Part shown: piece after piece, positions 26,183 through 36,402 of the stretch
Position numbering within the stretch: position 1 is the stretch's first letter
How the letters are laid out: every line of letters begins with the position of its first letter
Assembly: GCA_030390025.1 (NCBI GenBank)
Contig: CM059432.1
Location: 149,298,001-149,362,000, forward strand
Reading direction: 5' to 3'
Length of the DNA stretch: 64,000 nt
Source of the DNA: Squalus acanthias
Lineage: Eukaryota
The notes under the pieces: generated by a model
Databases searched by the model: none
What the model was told of the DNA's origin: nothing
The model's input: the letters and a program-made list of their open reading frames with translations, nothing else
Translations under genes and position numbers: made by a program

Positions 26183-29100
26183 ATGAAGATAACCATAGCC
26201 AGCCTCAACATCAACGGCAGCAGGGAGGCGCGCCGTAGATTCAATAACTTCTCGGTCCTTCGGGACGGGAAATATGCGGTGTGCTTCCTGCAAGAAACCC
26301 ACACCGTTCCGGGAGACGAGGCCACGTGGCTCCTGGAGTGGCAAGGAGGGGTCAGCATGAGTCACCTCTCCAACAATTCCTGCGGGGTGGCTGTCTTGCT
26401 GGCCCCGCATTTTCAGCCGGAGATCTTGAGGGTCAAGGAGCACGTGCCGGGCCGCTTGCTCCAGGTCACTGTTCGCCTGGGAGGCGTGCCGCTCCATTTA
26501 GTGAACGTGTACGCCCCCCGGACCGGTGCGCAGCAAGTGCGCTTCTTCGGAGAAGTGTCCGCTCTTCTGGGCTCCATCGACGTGGGCGAGTGCGTCATCC
26601 TCGGGGGGGATTTCAATTGTACCCTCGAGGCGCGGGACCGGTCGGGTCCCCCGCGAAGCCCGGCGGCGATGGAGAAGTTGCGGGACCTGGTCGGGTCCTT
26701 CGACTTGGTGGACGTCTGGCGAAATCTCCATCCCGACTCCAGCGCCTTCACGAGCGTGAGGTCTGGAGGAGGAAGGTCCAGAATCGACCGCCTTTACATT
26801 TCCCGGGCGTACGTCTCCTGCGTTCCGGCGGCTTCCATGCGGCCGGTGCCGTGCACGGACCACCACCTGGTGTGGGCGGAGCTCGCTCCGCTGCGCGCGC
26901 GGGGGGGGTCCGCGTACTGGCATTTTAACAACCTGCTGCTGGAGGACGCGCGGTTCCGGGATTCGTTTCGCCGGTTCTGGGCCGACTGGAGAAGGAAGCG
27001 GGGAGGCTTCCCCTCCTTGAGGCTATGGTGGGACGTGGGCAAGGCTCACGTCCGCGTCTTCTGTCAGGAGTACGCGAAGGGGTCGACCAAGAGGCGGGAG
27101 GCCCGGGTCGGGCGATTGGAGAAAGAAGTGCTCGACCTGGAGTCCCGTCTCGGTCAAGTCGTCGAGGACCCGGCCCTGCGGAAGGTGTACGAAGAGAAGA
27201 AGGGCGCGCTGAAGGACCTGCAGCTGGTCGGGTCCCGAGGCGCGTACGTGAGGTCGCGGATCCAGTTCCTGCGGGACCTGGACCGCGGCTCCCCCTTCTT
27301 CTACTCGCTGGAAAAAAGACGGGGGGTCCGTAAGCAGCTCTTGGGGCTGCTGGCCGACGACGGATCTCTGGTCTCGGATCCGGAGGGCATCAGCGCGGAG
27401 GCCCGGGCCTATTACGGGGCTCTGTTCTCTTCGGATCCGTCCAGCGAGGATGCGCGCAGAGTTTTGTGGGAGGACCTGCCGAAGGTCGGCCCGGAGGGCG
27501 CCGAGAATTTAGAAGCTCCGCTAAGCCTGGCGGAGCTGACCGGCGCCCTGCGCCAGCTCTCGAGGGGCAAGTCCCCGGGGCTGGACGGGCTGACCGTGGA
27601 GTTCCACAGGGCGTTCTGGGACGTCTTGGGGGACGACTACGCGCGGGTCCTGGGGGAAAGTCTGGCGACCGGGGAGATGCCCCTCTCTTGGCGCAGGGCG
27701 GTCATCGTCCTGCTGCCCAAGAAGGGCGATCTCCGCCTACTTAAGAACTGGCGCCCGGTCTCCCTCCTCAGCACGGACTACAAAATTTTCGCCAGGGCTA
27801 TGTCTGCTCGCCTTGGCACCGTGCTGGCCCGCATGATCCACCCCGACCAGTCCTACACGGTCCCGGGCCGGAGTATCCACGATAACATCCATCTGGTCCG
27901 GGACCTGGTCCACCATTCCCAGAGGGCTGGTCTGTCGGTCGCCTTCCTTTCCCTGGATCAGGAGAAGGCGTTCGACAGGGTGGATCACGAGTATCTTTTC
28001 GGGACTCTGCGCGCATTCGGGTTCGGGACGCATTTCGTCGCCCGGATCCGACTTCTGTACGCCGCCGCGGAGTGTCTCATTAAAGTTAACGGGTCTTTGA
28101 CGGCGCCCCTTCGCTTCGGGAGGGGGGTGCGTCAGGGATGCCCCATGTCCGGTCAGTTATACGCCGTTTGCGTGGAGCCTTTCCTGCGCCTCTTGCGGAA
28201 GAGGTTGACGGGACTGGCTCTGCAAGGGCCGGGCGTGGAGGTGGTCCTCTCGGCTTACGCCGATGACGTGCTCCTCGCGGTCACGGATCCCGTCGACTTG
28301 CGGAGGATGCGAGAATGCCAGCAGATTTACTCGGACGCATCCTCCGCCAAGATCAACTGGGAGAAATGTTCTGGACTCCTGGTGGGCCCATGGCAGGTGG
28401 ACTCCCTGCCGGAGGAGTTCGGGCCTTTCGCCTGGAGCACCACGCACCTCCTCTACCTGGGAGTCTACCTCAGCCCGGCCGAGGACGCCTGGCCGGCGAA
28501 CTGGCAAGAGCTGGAGGCCAAAGTCACCGCTCGCCTAGGACGCTGGACAGGACTGCTCCGAGTGTTGTCCTACAGGGGTCGAGCGCTGGTCATAAACCAG
28601 CTGGTGGCCGCCATGTTGTGGTACCGGTTGGTCACTTTGATCCCTCCCCCTGCGTTTGTCGCCAAGATGCAGAAGAAGCTCGTCGACTTCTTCTGGGACA
28701 AAAGGAAGCACTGGGTCTCTGCCGCGGTTTTGAGTCTCCCGCTTAGGGAGGGCGGTCAGGCGCTGGTGTGCCTTCGCACCCAGGCGGCGACTTTCCGTCT
28801 TCAGACGCTGCAGAGATACCTGTACGTGGAGAATCCTCCTAGGTGGCGTGCGCTGGCGACGTATTTCTTCCGCCAGCTGCACGGCCTCAATTACGACACG
28901 CAGCTCCTGTTTGTGAGAGTGGGTGGCACGCGTGCCAGCCTGCGGGAGCTGCCTGTCTTCTACCAGGAACTGCTATGGGTTTGGAACAGCGTCGCCTCCG
29001 AGCGCAGTTCTCCCCCGTCAGGAGCGGCGGCCGTCCTTCGGGAGCCGCTGTTCAGGAATCCGCACCTCCACGACCGCGGGTTCGGCTGGCTGGCGGAGGG

Positions 29101-30082
29101 CAGGGCTGTGCCCGGTAAGGTGACCAGAGTCGGGGACCTGCTCGATGGCGGAGGAGCGGGCTGGATGGCGCCGGAGGAGTTGGCGAGGCGCATGTCTTGG
29201 GTCAACGTCCGGCTCGCGGTCAAAGCCATCGAGTCGCTAAAAGTGGCACTGGGCCCCGTCTCCACTAGGTGTGTCGAGGAGGCTCAAGCACGTGGGGCGA
29301 TCCCGTCCGAACTGACCCCCGTTCGGACGGAATTCCTTATCGGCGCCCGGCCCCGAATCCTCCCTCGGGAGCCGCCGCCTCACCACTTGAGCCTTCTCGG
29401 AGAAATGCCCTCCGTGCCCTTTCAATCCGCACGGAGGCGTTTCCTGTACGGGCTGCTCCTGCACACTCTCCACTTTGCCATCTTCGTCTGCCGTCCGGAC
29501 ACGCCTTGGCGTACCATCCTGCCGTCCGGCGGAGGCGAAGGTCCCCATTGGAAGGCTCTCTACGCGGGAGTCTTCCCTTGTTCTATTGGGGACTTGGCCT
29601 GGAGGGTGTTGCACGGAGCAGTCCCGTGCAATAGGATTTTAAGTAGGTTTACGGACTCCCAGGCTGCTTGCCATTTTTGCGGCCTGGAGGAGTCCGTTTA
29701 TCACATTTATGTTGAATGTGAGAGGTTGCAGCCCCTCTTTCATTATTTGAAGGGGCTGCTCCTCAATTTCTGGTTGCACTTCAGCCCCACGCTCCTGATC
29801 TACGGTCACCCGGTGCGGAGGGGAGCGGGTAGGTCGGAGGACCTCCTCGTAGGACTGCTCCTGGGCCTGGCCAAGAAAGCCATCAATTGGTCCAGGCAGC
29901 GGGCGGTCGAGGGGGTCGTTCGGCCCGATTGCCTGCCTCTCTTCCGCGGCCATGTTCGCGCCCGGGTGGCCCTGGAGATGGAGCACGCGGTGTCCGCCGG
30001 CACGCTTGAGTTTTTCCGCGACCGGTGGGCGCCGCGGGGACTGGAGTGCATCGTCACCCCGGACTTTCAAATTTTAATTTGA
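26183..30082 (+). CDS. Tx1 ORF2: APE endonuclease + reverse transcriptase + C-terminal Cys/His finger
   Basis: Uninterrupted about 1300 aa; APE motifs SLNING, LQET, GGDFN, RIDR, TDH; RT motifs PGLDG, WRPVSLL, DQEKAFD, GVRQGCP, YADD; CHFCGLEESVYHIYVEC. Confidence 0.95.
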   Translation: MKITIASLNINGSREARRRFNNFSVLRDGKYAVCFLQETHTVPGDEATWLLEWQGGVSMSHLSNNSCGVAVLLAPHFQPEILRVKEHVPGRLLQVTVRLGGVPLHLVNVYAPRTGAQQVRFFGEVSALLGSIDVGECVILGGDFNCTLEARDRSGPPRSPAAMEKLRDLVGSFDLVDVWRNLHPDSSAFTSVRSGGGRSRIDRLYISRAYVSCVPAASMRPVPCTDHHLVWAELAPLRARGGSAYWHFNNLLLEDARFRDSFRRFWADWRRKRGGFPSLRLWWDVGKAHVRVFCQEYAKGSTKRREARVGRLEKEVLDLESRLGQVVEDPALRKVYEEKKGALKDLQLVGSRGAYVRSRIQFLRDLDRGSPFFYSLEKRRGVRKQLLGLLADDGSLVSDPEGISAEARAYYGALFSSDPSSEDARRVLWEDLPKVGPEGAENLEAPLSLAELTGALRQLSRGKSPGLDGLTVEFHRAFWDVLGDDYARVLGESLATGEMPLSWRRAVIVLLPKKGDLRLLKNWRPVSLLSTDYKIFARAMSARLGTVLARMIHPDQSYTVPGRSIHDNIHLVRDLVHHSQRAGLSVAFLSLDQEKAFDRVDHEYLFGTLRAFGFGTHFVARIRLLYAAAECLIKVNGSLTAPLRFGRGVRQGCPMSGQLYAVCVEPFLRLLRKRLTGLALQGPGVEVVLSAYADDVLLAVTDPVDLRRMRECQQIYSDASSAKINWEKCSGLLVGPWQVDSLPEEFGPFAWSTTHLLYLGVYLSPAEDAWPANWQELEAKVTARLGRWTGLLRVLSYRGRALVINQLVAAMLWYRLVTLIPPPAFVAKMQKKLVDFFWDKRKHWVSAAVLSLPLREGGQALVCLRTQAATFRLQTLQRYLYVENPPRWRALATYFFRQLHGLNYDTQLLFVRVGGTRASLRELPVFYQELLWVWNSVASERSSPPSGAAAVLREPLFRNPHLHDRGFGWLAEGRAVPGKVTRVGDLLDGGGAGWMAPEELARRMSWVNVRLAVKAIESLKVALGPVSTRCVEEAQARGAIPSELTPVRTEFLIGARPRILPREPPPHHLSLLGEMPSVPFQSARRRFLYGLLLHTLHFAIFVCRPDTPWRTILPSGGGEGPHWKALYAGVFPCSIGDLAWRVLHGAVPCNRILSRFTDSQAACHFCGLEESVYHIYVECERLQPLFHYLKGLLLNFWLHFSPTLLIYGHPVRRGAGRSEDLLVGLLLGLAKKAINWSRQRAVEGVVRPDCLPLFRGHVRARVALEMEHAVSAGTLEFFRDRWAPRGLECIVTPDFQILI

Positions 30083-30187
30083 TTCATTAAGTTTCATTTC
30101 AAGTTTTAATTTGATTTACAGTAAATTTGCGTTCTGTCAAACCAAAAAGATCAACACCAGGTTATAGTCCAACAGCTTTATTTAAAA

Positions 30188-30229
30188 TTACGAGCTTTCG
30201 GAGCTATCGATCGCCCCTTCTTCAGGTAA
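30188..30229 (-). ncRNA. Minimal type I hammerhead ribozyme motif
   Basis: Reverse complement UUAC-CUGAAGA-A-GGGGC(gaucgaua)GCUCC-GAAA-GC-UC/GUAA; stems I and II pair; palindromic AGCU stem III. Confidence 0.75.
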
Positions 30230-30352
30230 AGTTACTGTGAGTGAATCTACAAAAATTCACAGAATATAAACACAGAAAATGCAGAGATTGTATCTCTGCA
30301 TTTTCTCTGTGTTTATATTCTGTGAATTTTTGTAGATTCACTTACAGTAACT

Positions 30353-30394
30353 TTACCTGAAGAAGAGGCGATCGATAGCTCCGAAAGCTCGTAA
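30353..30394 (+). ncRNA. Minimal type I hammerhead ribozyme motif
   Basis: UUAC-CUGAAGA-A-GAGGC(gaucgaua)GCUCC-GAAA-GC-UC/GUAA; one stem II mismatch. Confidence 0.68.
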
Positions 30395-30640
30395 TTTTAA
30401 ATAAATCTGTTGGACTATAACCTGGTGTTGTGCGACTTCTCATTTTTGTCCTTTTTAAAAAAATAGTGGGGTTACATTTGCCACCCTCCAATCTGCAGGA
30501 ACTGTTCCATAATCTTGACAAAATATAGAGGCTATACTGGGGAAAAGAGCACAGCAATGATTGTTCCATTAGTTATGGAAATCAGTTACTAGAGACCATC
30601 AGTTGTAGCGACCTTCTCACAATGTGATGGCCCGTTAACC

Positions 30641-30902
30641 CAAGGGTGTCCAAACCACAGGCCATGACCAGGTGCGGACGCTGAGCCCTGGCAATCTGGC
30701 CCCTGAAGCCCAAACAACGTAAGTCCTATGCACTTATGTCTTATTCGCTGATTAATGCCGTTTGAATTTGATGGGCCTGGATGTTTTGTAAAGGCTGGTC
30801 TTAGCCCTGCTGCCTCACGGTATTATCAACTTGAGAAACACGGAACAAGGATTTAAACTTTCTACACGGCCCACGGATACAAAAAGGTTTGGACACCCCG
30901 TG
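30641..30902. mobile_element. Decayed hAT (Charlie-like) MITE
   Basis: TIRs caagggtgtccaaacc / ggtttggacacccc; internal ggccc motifs; 8-bp TSD not recognisable. Confidence 0.55.
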
Positions 30903-31248
30903 TTTGCTAATCGGTTTGAAATGTATCGCATCTTCTTGCTGAAATACTATTACTTCAGGGAGTCTCGGCTCACTTCATGAACCATCTAATGTCCAACCAG
31001 AAACTAACTGCTATTACAGTAATTGCGCTGATTAGAGTGGGTGGGGTGAGGCAGCTATCACGCTGTTCTAATTAGTACTGCAATCAATGCTGCGTCCCCA
31101 TCCTGACCTGGATCCTTGTGTTGCTTTCAAGATACACATTGCCGCTTGTATACAGCCCTGGCATCTTTATGTAAGGCTTGTGAAATTTCATGCCAGAAGC
31201 CCGTAAACAGTTGCAAGATTCTTTGGCCTACTTGTTAAGAGTTCTTAC

Positions 31249-31339
31249 CCGGACACCGGTCCCATTATCCTGGATCTGAATCAACTTCAGCCCACCATCC
31301 TTTACAGTGACTTGAATATTTGTAGATTTAGCGTCCAAA
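31249..31339 (-). CDS. MLH1: MLH1 exon 2 ([30 protein letters not shown])
   Basis: Manual translation; ttgacag acceptor, gtaaga donor; 91 nt as in human exon 2; GHKL DNGTG motif. Confidence 0.97.
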
Positions 31340-31661
31340 CTGTCAACAAAAAATGACCCTGTTATCACATCGCACTGAAGATAATTAGTTAATTCAAGAC
31401 AAAACTAATTTTGTAGAATACATCTGAAGACTCAGAAAATACAAGCGAGTTACTGTACTGTTTACCAGACTAAGACATAAATTGCGACTATCACTGATGC
31501 AAGGCACAAGTAAGCAAATATCTCAGATTGATTCCCCCTACTTATGAGAGAACTGGTTTTGTAATTATCCTAGGGTTCCTGATGCTGTGGAATCTACCCC
31601 ATTTATATCGTGGAGCAAATCTCACAGCAGTGGCAGCGTTCACAAGCTTATGCGGTTGTTT

Positions 31662-32605
31662 GCTCGACCTCACTACCTCTTCTCTCGACCCCTCCACGGT
31701 CTCTAAATGGTCAGACTGCTTGTCCGACATCCAGTTCTGGATGAGCAGAAATTTTCTCCAATTAAATATTGGGAAGACCGAAGCCATTGTTTTCGGTCTC
31801 CACCACAAACTCCGTTCCCTAGCCACTCTCCCTAACATCTGTTTGAGGCTGAACCACACTGTCCGCAACCTTGGTGTCATATTTGACCCTGAAATGAGCT
31901 TCTGACCACATATCCGCAGCATAACAAAGACCGCCTATTTCCACCTCCGTAACATCGCCCGTCTCCGCCCCTGCCTCAGCTCATCCGCTGCTGAAACCCT
32001 CATCCATGCCTTTGTTACCTCTAGACTTGACCAATCCAACGCTCTCCTGGCTGGCCTCCCACATTCCACCCTACGTAAACTTGAGGTGATCCAAAACTCG
32101 GCTGCCCCGTGTCCTAACTCGCACCAAGTCCCGTTCACCCATCACCCCTGTGCTCGCTGACCTACATTGGCTCCCGGTTAAGCAGCGCCACGATTTCAAA
32201 ATTCTCATCCTTGTTTTCAAATCCCTCTATGGCCTCGCCCCTCCCTATCTCTGTAATCTCCTTCAGCCCCACAACCCCACCGAGATATCTGCACTCCTCT
32301 AATTCTGCCCTCTTGAGGATCCCTGATTATAATCGCTCAACCTTTGGTGGCCGTGCCTTCAGTTGCCTAGGCCCTAAGCTCTGGAATTCCCTCCCTAAAC
32401 CTCTCCCCCTCGCTACCTCTCTTTCCTCCTTTAAGACGCTCCTTAAAACCTACCTCTTTGACCAAACTTTTGGTCACCGGCCCTAATTTATCCTTATGTG
32501 GCTCGGTGTCAAATTTTTTTGTCTTTTAATACTCCTGTGAAGTGCCTTGGGACGCTTTACTACGTTAAAGGCGCTATATAAATACAAGTTGTGGTTGTTG
32601 CTGTT
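31662..32605 (+). mobile_element. L2 LINE 3' fragment
   Basis: DCLSDIQFWMSRNFLQLNIGKTE, VRNLGVIFD; tail aaaggcgctatataaatacaagttg(ttg)n. Confidence 0.9.
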
Positions 32606-32902
32606 TAAAATCCCTATTTCCAACTCCATCTCTAGTGTCTCCAACGGCTCATGACAAAAATTGTCACTTTTGTCTGGGATGGATTCTTTCTTGCTGTTCA
32701 CAGCACACACGGGGATAACACTGGTTACTGCTAACCATTTCAGCAGGCTGCAGAGAATACACATTTGGCTGATGTATAGATACCTCAGGAAACGGCAGAG
32801 AGGTAGGTTAGTACAGGAAGATCTTTATAGGGTTGATTGCTGCCAAAATCCTTGGACGGAGACCTAACAACTCATTCAAGGTGTTTGGAACAGATCAGTC
32901 AT

Positions 32903-33449
32903 AAGAACATAAGAAATAGGAGCAGGAGTAGGCCAATCGGCCCTTCGAGCCTGCTCCGCCATTCAATAAGATCATGGCTGATCTGATCCTCACCTCAAAT
33001 CTAAAGAACACAAGAAGTAGGAGCAGGACCTGGCCACTCAGCCCCTGGGCCCGCTCCGCCACCCACAGGGCCTCGACCGATCCGAACTCAGCCTCATGTC
33101 CAATTTCCTGCCCGCTCCCCGTAACCCCTAATTCCCTTTACTTCTAGGAAACTGTCTATTTCTGTTTTAAATTTATTTAATGATGTAGCTTCCACAGCTT
33201 CCTGGGGCAGCAAATTCCACAGACCTACTACCCTCTGAGTGAAGAAGTTTCTCCTCATCTCAGTTTTGAAAGAGCAGCCCCTTATTCTAAGATTATGCCC
33301 CCTATAGTTCTAGTTTCAACCATCCTTGGGAACATCCTTACCGTATCCACCCGATCAAGCCCCTTCACAATCTTATATGTTTCAATAAGATCGCCTCTCA
33401 TTCTTCTGAACTCCAATGAGTCGAGTCCCAATCTACTCAACCTCTCCTC
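32903..33449 (-). mobile_element. CR1 3' fragment with a duplicated tail module
   Basis: RT C-terminal homology; two aagaa(a/g)taggagcagga modules; TSD cagtcat at 32896-32902 and 33465-33471. Confidence 0.85.
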
Positions 33450-34014
33450 TAATTCTGCCCTCTCCAGTCATGCCATTTAATTCCAACACAAACATCCTGT
33501 GGGGTTGTTTACAATACCTGTTTGTTTGACAGCTGTGTGGGCGAACAGCATCTTCAATATTGTAAATGGCTCATCAGCTAACCCAGTAATAAAAGCTGCA
33601 ACGTCAGGATCCTCTTGTTTTGGGGCATCTTCAGAGTTTGTCTTTGGGACTCACTTGACAAATCGAGAATCTACTAAATTACACTTTCAGCCAGTCACAG
33701 GAAGAATTCACAGTTTTTTTTGTGGGTGGGGATTATGCAAGAGAATGAATAGCCCCACAGTCCATTGAATATATGAGTGGGGAGAACTGCTCTGGTTACT
33801 AGATGTAATTAAATCAAAAATACATTATTTTTGAATACATTTCGAACATTGATCTCACTAATTATGTTCAGGAGGCTCTGTGGGGATTGCAGCATACAGT
33901 TAACACCCAACCACCTCTGACTTGGGAACCATCAGTGTCTTCCTCACGAGTGTGGTAACAGCTATATTACACATTCCCACTGAGTATTTGATTTGGACTC
34001 GCTACACTAACAAA

Positions 34015-35402
34015 AATTACATAGGATTCCATAGGATATACGGTACAGAAACAGGCCATTCGGCCAACCAGTCCATGCCGGCGTTTATGCTCCACTCGAG
34101 CCTCCTCCCGTCTTTCCTCATCTAAATCTATCAGCATAACCCTCTATTCCCTTCTCCCTCATATGATTGTCCAGCCTCCCCTTAAATGCATCGAAACTAT
34201 TCACTTCAACCACTCCCTGTGGTAGCGAGTTCCACATTCTCACCACTCTCTGGGTAAAGAAGTTTCTTCTGAATTCCCTATTGGATTTCTTGGTGACTAT
34301 CTTATATTGATGGCCTCTAGTTATGCTCTTCCCCACAAGTGGAAACATTCTCTCTGTATCCACTCTATCAAAACCTTTCATAATTTTAAAGACCTCTATT
34401 AGGTCAACCCTCAGCCTTCTTTTTTCAAGAAAAAGAGACCCAGCCTGTTCCATCCTTTCCTGATATGTATACCCTCGCATTTCTGGTATCATCCTTGTAA
34501 ATCTTCTCTGCACCCTCTCCAGTGTCTCTATATCCTTTTAATAATATGGCGACCAGAATTGTACACAGTACTCTAAGTGTGGTCTAACCAAGGTTCGATA
34601 CAGGTTTAGAATAACTTCCCTACTTTTCAATTCTATCCCTCTAGAAATAAACCCTAGTGCTTGGTTTGCTTTTATTATGGCCTTGCTAACTTGCATCGCA
34701 ACTTTTAGTGATTTGTGTATTTGTACTCCGATATCCCTTTGTTCCTCTACCCCACCTAGACTCGCACCCTCCAAGTAATAAGTGACCTCCCTATTCTTCC
34801 TACCAAAAAGTAATACCTCACATTGATCTGTGTTGAATTCATTTGACAATTATATGCCCATTCTGCAATTTTATTAACGTCTTCCTGTAATTTGTTGCAG
34901 TCCTCCTCAGTATTGACTAGCCCCCCCCCCCCAATTTGGTATCATCTGCAAATTTAGAAATTGTGTTTTTGATTTCAAAGTCTAAATCGTTAATATAAAT
35001 TGTGAACAACAGTGGTCCCAGCACTGATCCTTGTGGAACACCATGACCCACCTTCTGCCACTGTGAATAGCTACCCTTTACTCCCACACTCTGCTTTCTG
35101 TCTTGATGCCAGCCAGCAATCCATTCTGCTACTTGTCCCCTGTTCCGCATCCTCTGACCTTGTTCATCAGTCTATTATGTGGTACCTTATCGAAGGCCTT
35201 TTGAAAATCTAGATAAATTACATCTACTGCATTACCTTTGTCGACTCTCTCGGTTACCTCTTCAAAAAATTCAATGAGGTTGGTCAAGCAAGACTTTCCC
35301 TTTTGAAATCCATGTTGACTATTCATTATTATATTTTTGGTTTCAAGATGTTCTTCTATTTTCTCCTTTAGTAGGGATTCCATTATTTTTCCTACCACCG
35401 AT
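34015..35402 (-). mobile_element. CR1 RT fragment (third subfamily)
   Basis: Frameshifted ORFs with YLDFQKAFDKVPH, GVPQGS, FADD and RPHLEY. Confidence 0.9.
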
Positions 35403-35478
35403 CCCTGGAGAACTTGCTCAGTATTACTGGTAAATAACACTTCTATTGTCAATTTGTGTGTGGACAGCTGAAGTTTAA

Positions 35479-36402
35479 CACAATAGCAAAATACTGCGGA
35501 CGCTGGAAATCTGAAATAACAACAGAAAATGCTGGAAATACTCAGCAGGTCAGGCAGCATCCGTGGAGAGAGAAACAGAGTTAACGTTTCAGGTCTGAGA
35601 CCCTTTGTCAGAACTGGAAAAAGTTAGAGATGTAACAGATTTTTAAGCAAGTGTAGGGGCAGGAAAAGGGAGGAGGGGAGGAAAGAACAAAAGGGAAGGG
35701 CCCCAAACACTCCTTCCAGGTGAAACAGCGATTTACTTATACTTCTTGCAATTTAGTATACTGTATTCGCTGCTCATGATGCGTCGCCTCTACATTGAGG
35801 AGACCAAACGCTTTGCGGAACACCTCCGTTCAGTCCGTAAGGGTGACCCGAGCTTCCAGTCGCCTGTCATTTTAATTCTCCGCTCCACTCCCACTCTGAC
35901 CTCACCATCCTCGGCCTCTTACACTGTTACAACGAAGCTCAACGTAAGCTCGAGGAACAGCACCTCATCTTTCGATTAGGCGCTTTACAGCCTTCTGGAC
36001 TCAACATCGAGTTCAACAATTTCAGACCATAACCTCCACCCCTATTTTTTTTAATTAAAATTTTTTTTCTCTCACATGCAGCTGTCGATCTTTCTGCCAG
36101 TGCCATTTACACTTCATCTAGAGTCATCTTTTGTTTCTTAACTTGTTCCATTACCATCTCCTTTTGCCTTGCACCATCATCCCTTTTGTCTTTTAATCTC
36201 TCCTGCCTTTCACAGACCTTCCCTTTTGTTCTTTCCTCCCCTCCTCCCTTTTCCTGCCCCTGCGTTTGCTTAAAAATCTGTTACTTCTCCAACTTTTTCC
36301 AGTTCTGACAAAGGGTCTCAGAGCTGGAACATTAACTGTTTTGCTTTCTCCGCGGATGCTGCCTGAGCTGCTGAGTGTTTCCAGCATTTTCTGTTGTTAA
36401 GA
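35479..36402 (+). mobile_element. Penelope-like family B fragment: inverted pseudo-LTR, decayed GIY-YIG region, pseudo-LTR
   Basis: 35700-36030 is homologous to the GIY-YIG region at 48021-48370; inverted pseudo-LTRs with mutated hammerheads (35579-35615 minus, 36301-36337 plus); TSD tgaagtttaa at 35469-35478 and 36403-36412. Confidence 0.88.

Larger units (their letters stand above)
22981..30151 (+). mobile_element. Full-length Tx1-clade (L1 group) non-LTR retrotransposon in MLH1 intron 2, antisense to MLH1
   Basis: About 1-kb 5' UTR, two intact ORFs, short AT-rich 3' UTR ending ccaaaaagat; flanked by identical 24-bp repeats caacaccaggttatagtccaacag at 22957-22980 and 30152-30175. Confidence 0.92.
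30152..30451. mobile_element. Penelope-like element family A: inverted pseudo-LTR pair (palindrome centred at 30290)
   Basis: About 137-bp near-perfect inverted arms around a 3-nt loop, each with a hammerhead core; inverted pseudo-LTR plus tail is the known PLE architecture; no ORF present, so the family call rests on structure. Confidence 0.78.

Noticed and set aside
24153..30070. Many overlapping alternative-frame and antisense ORFs
   Set aside because: Expected shadow ORFs of a GC-rich coding sequence
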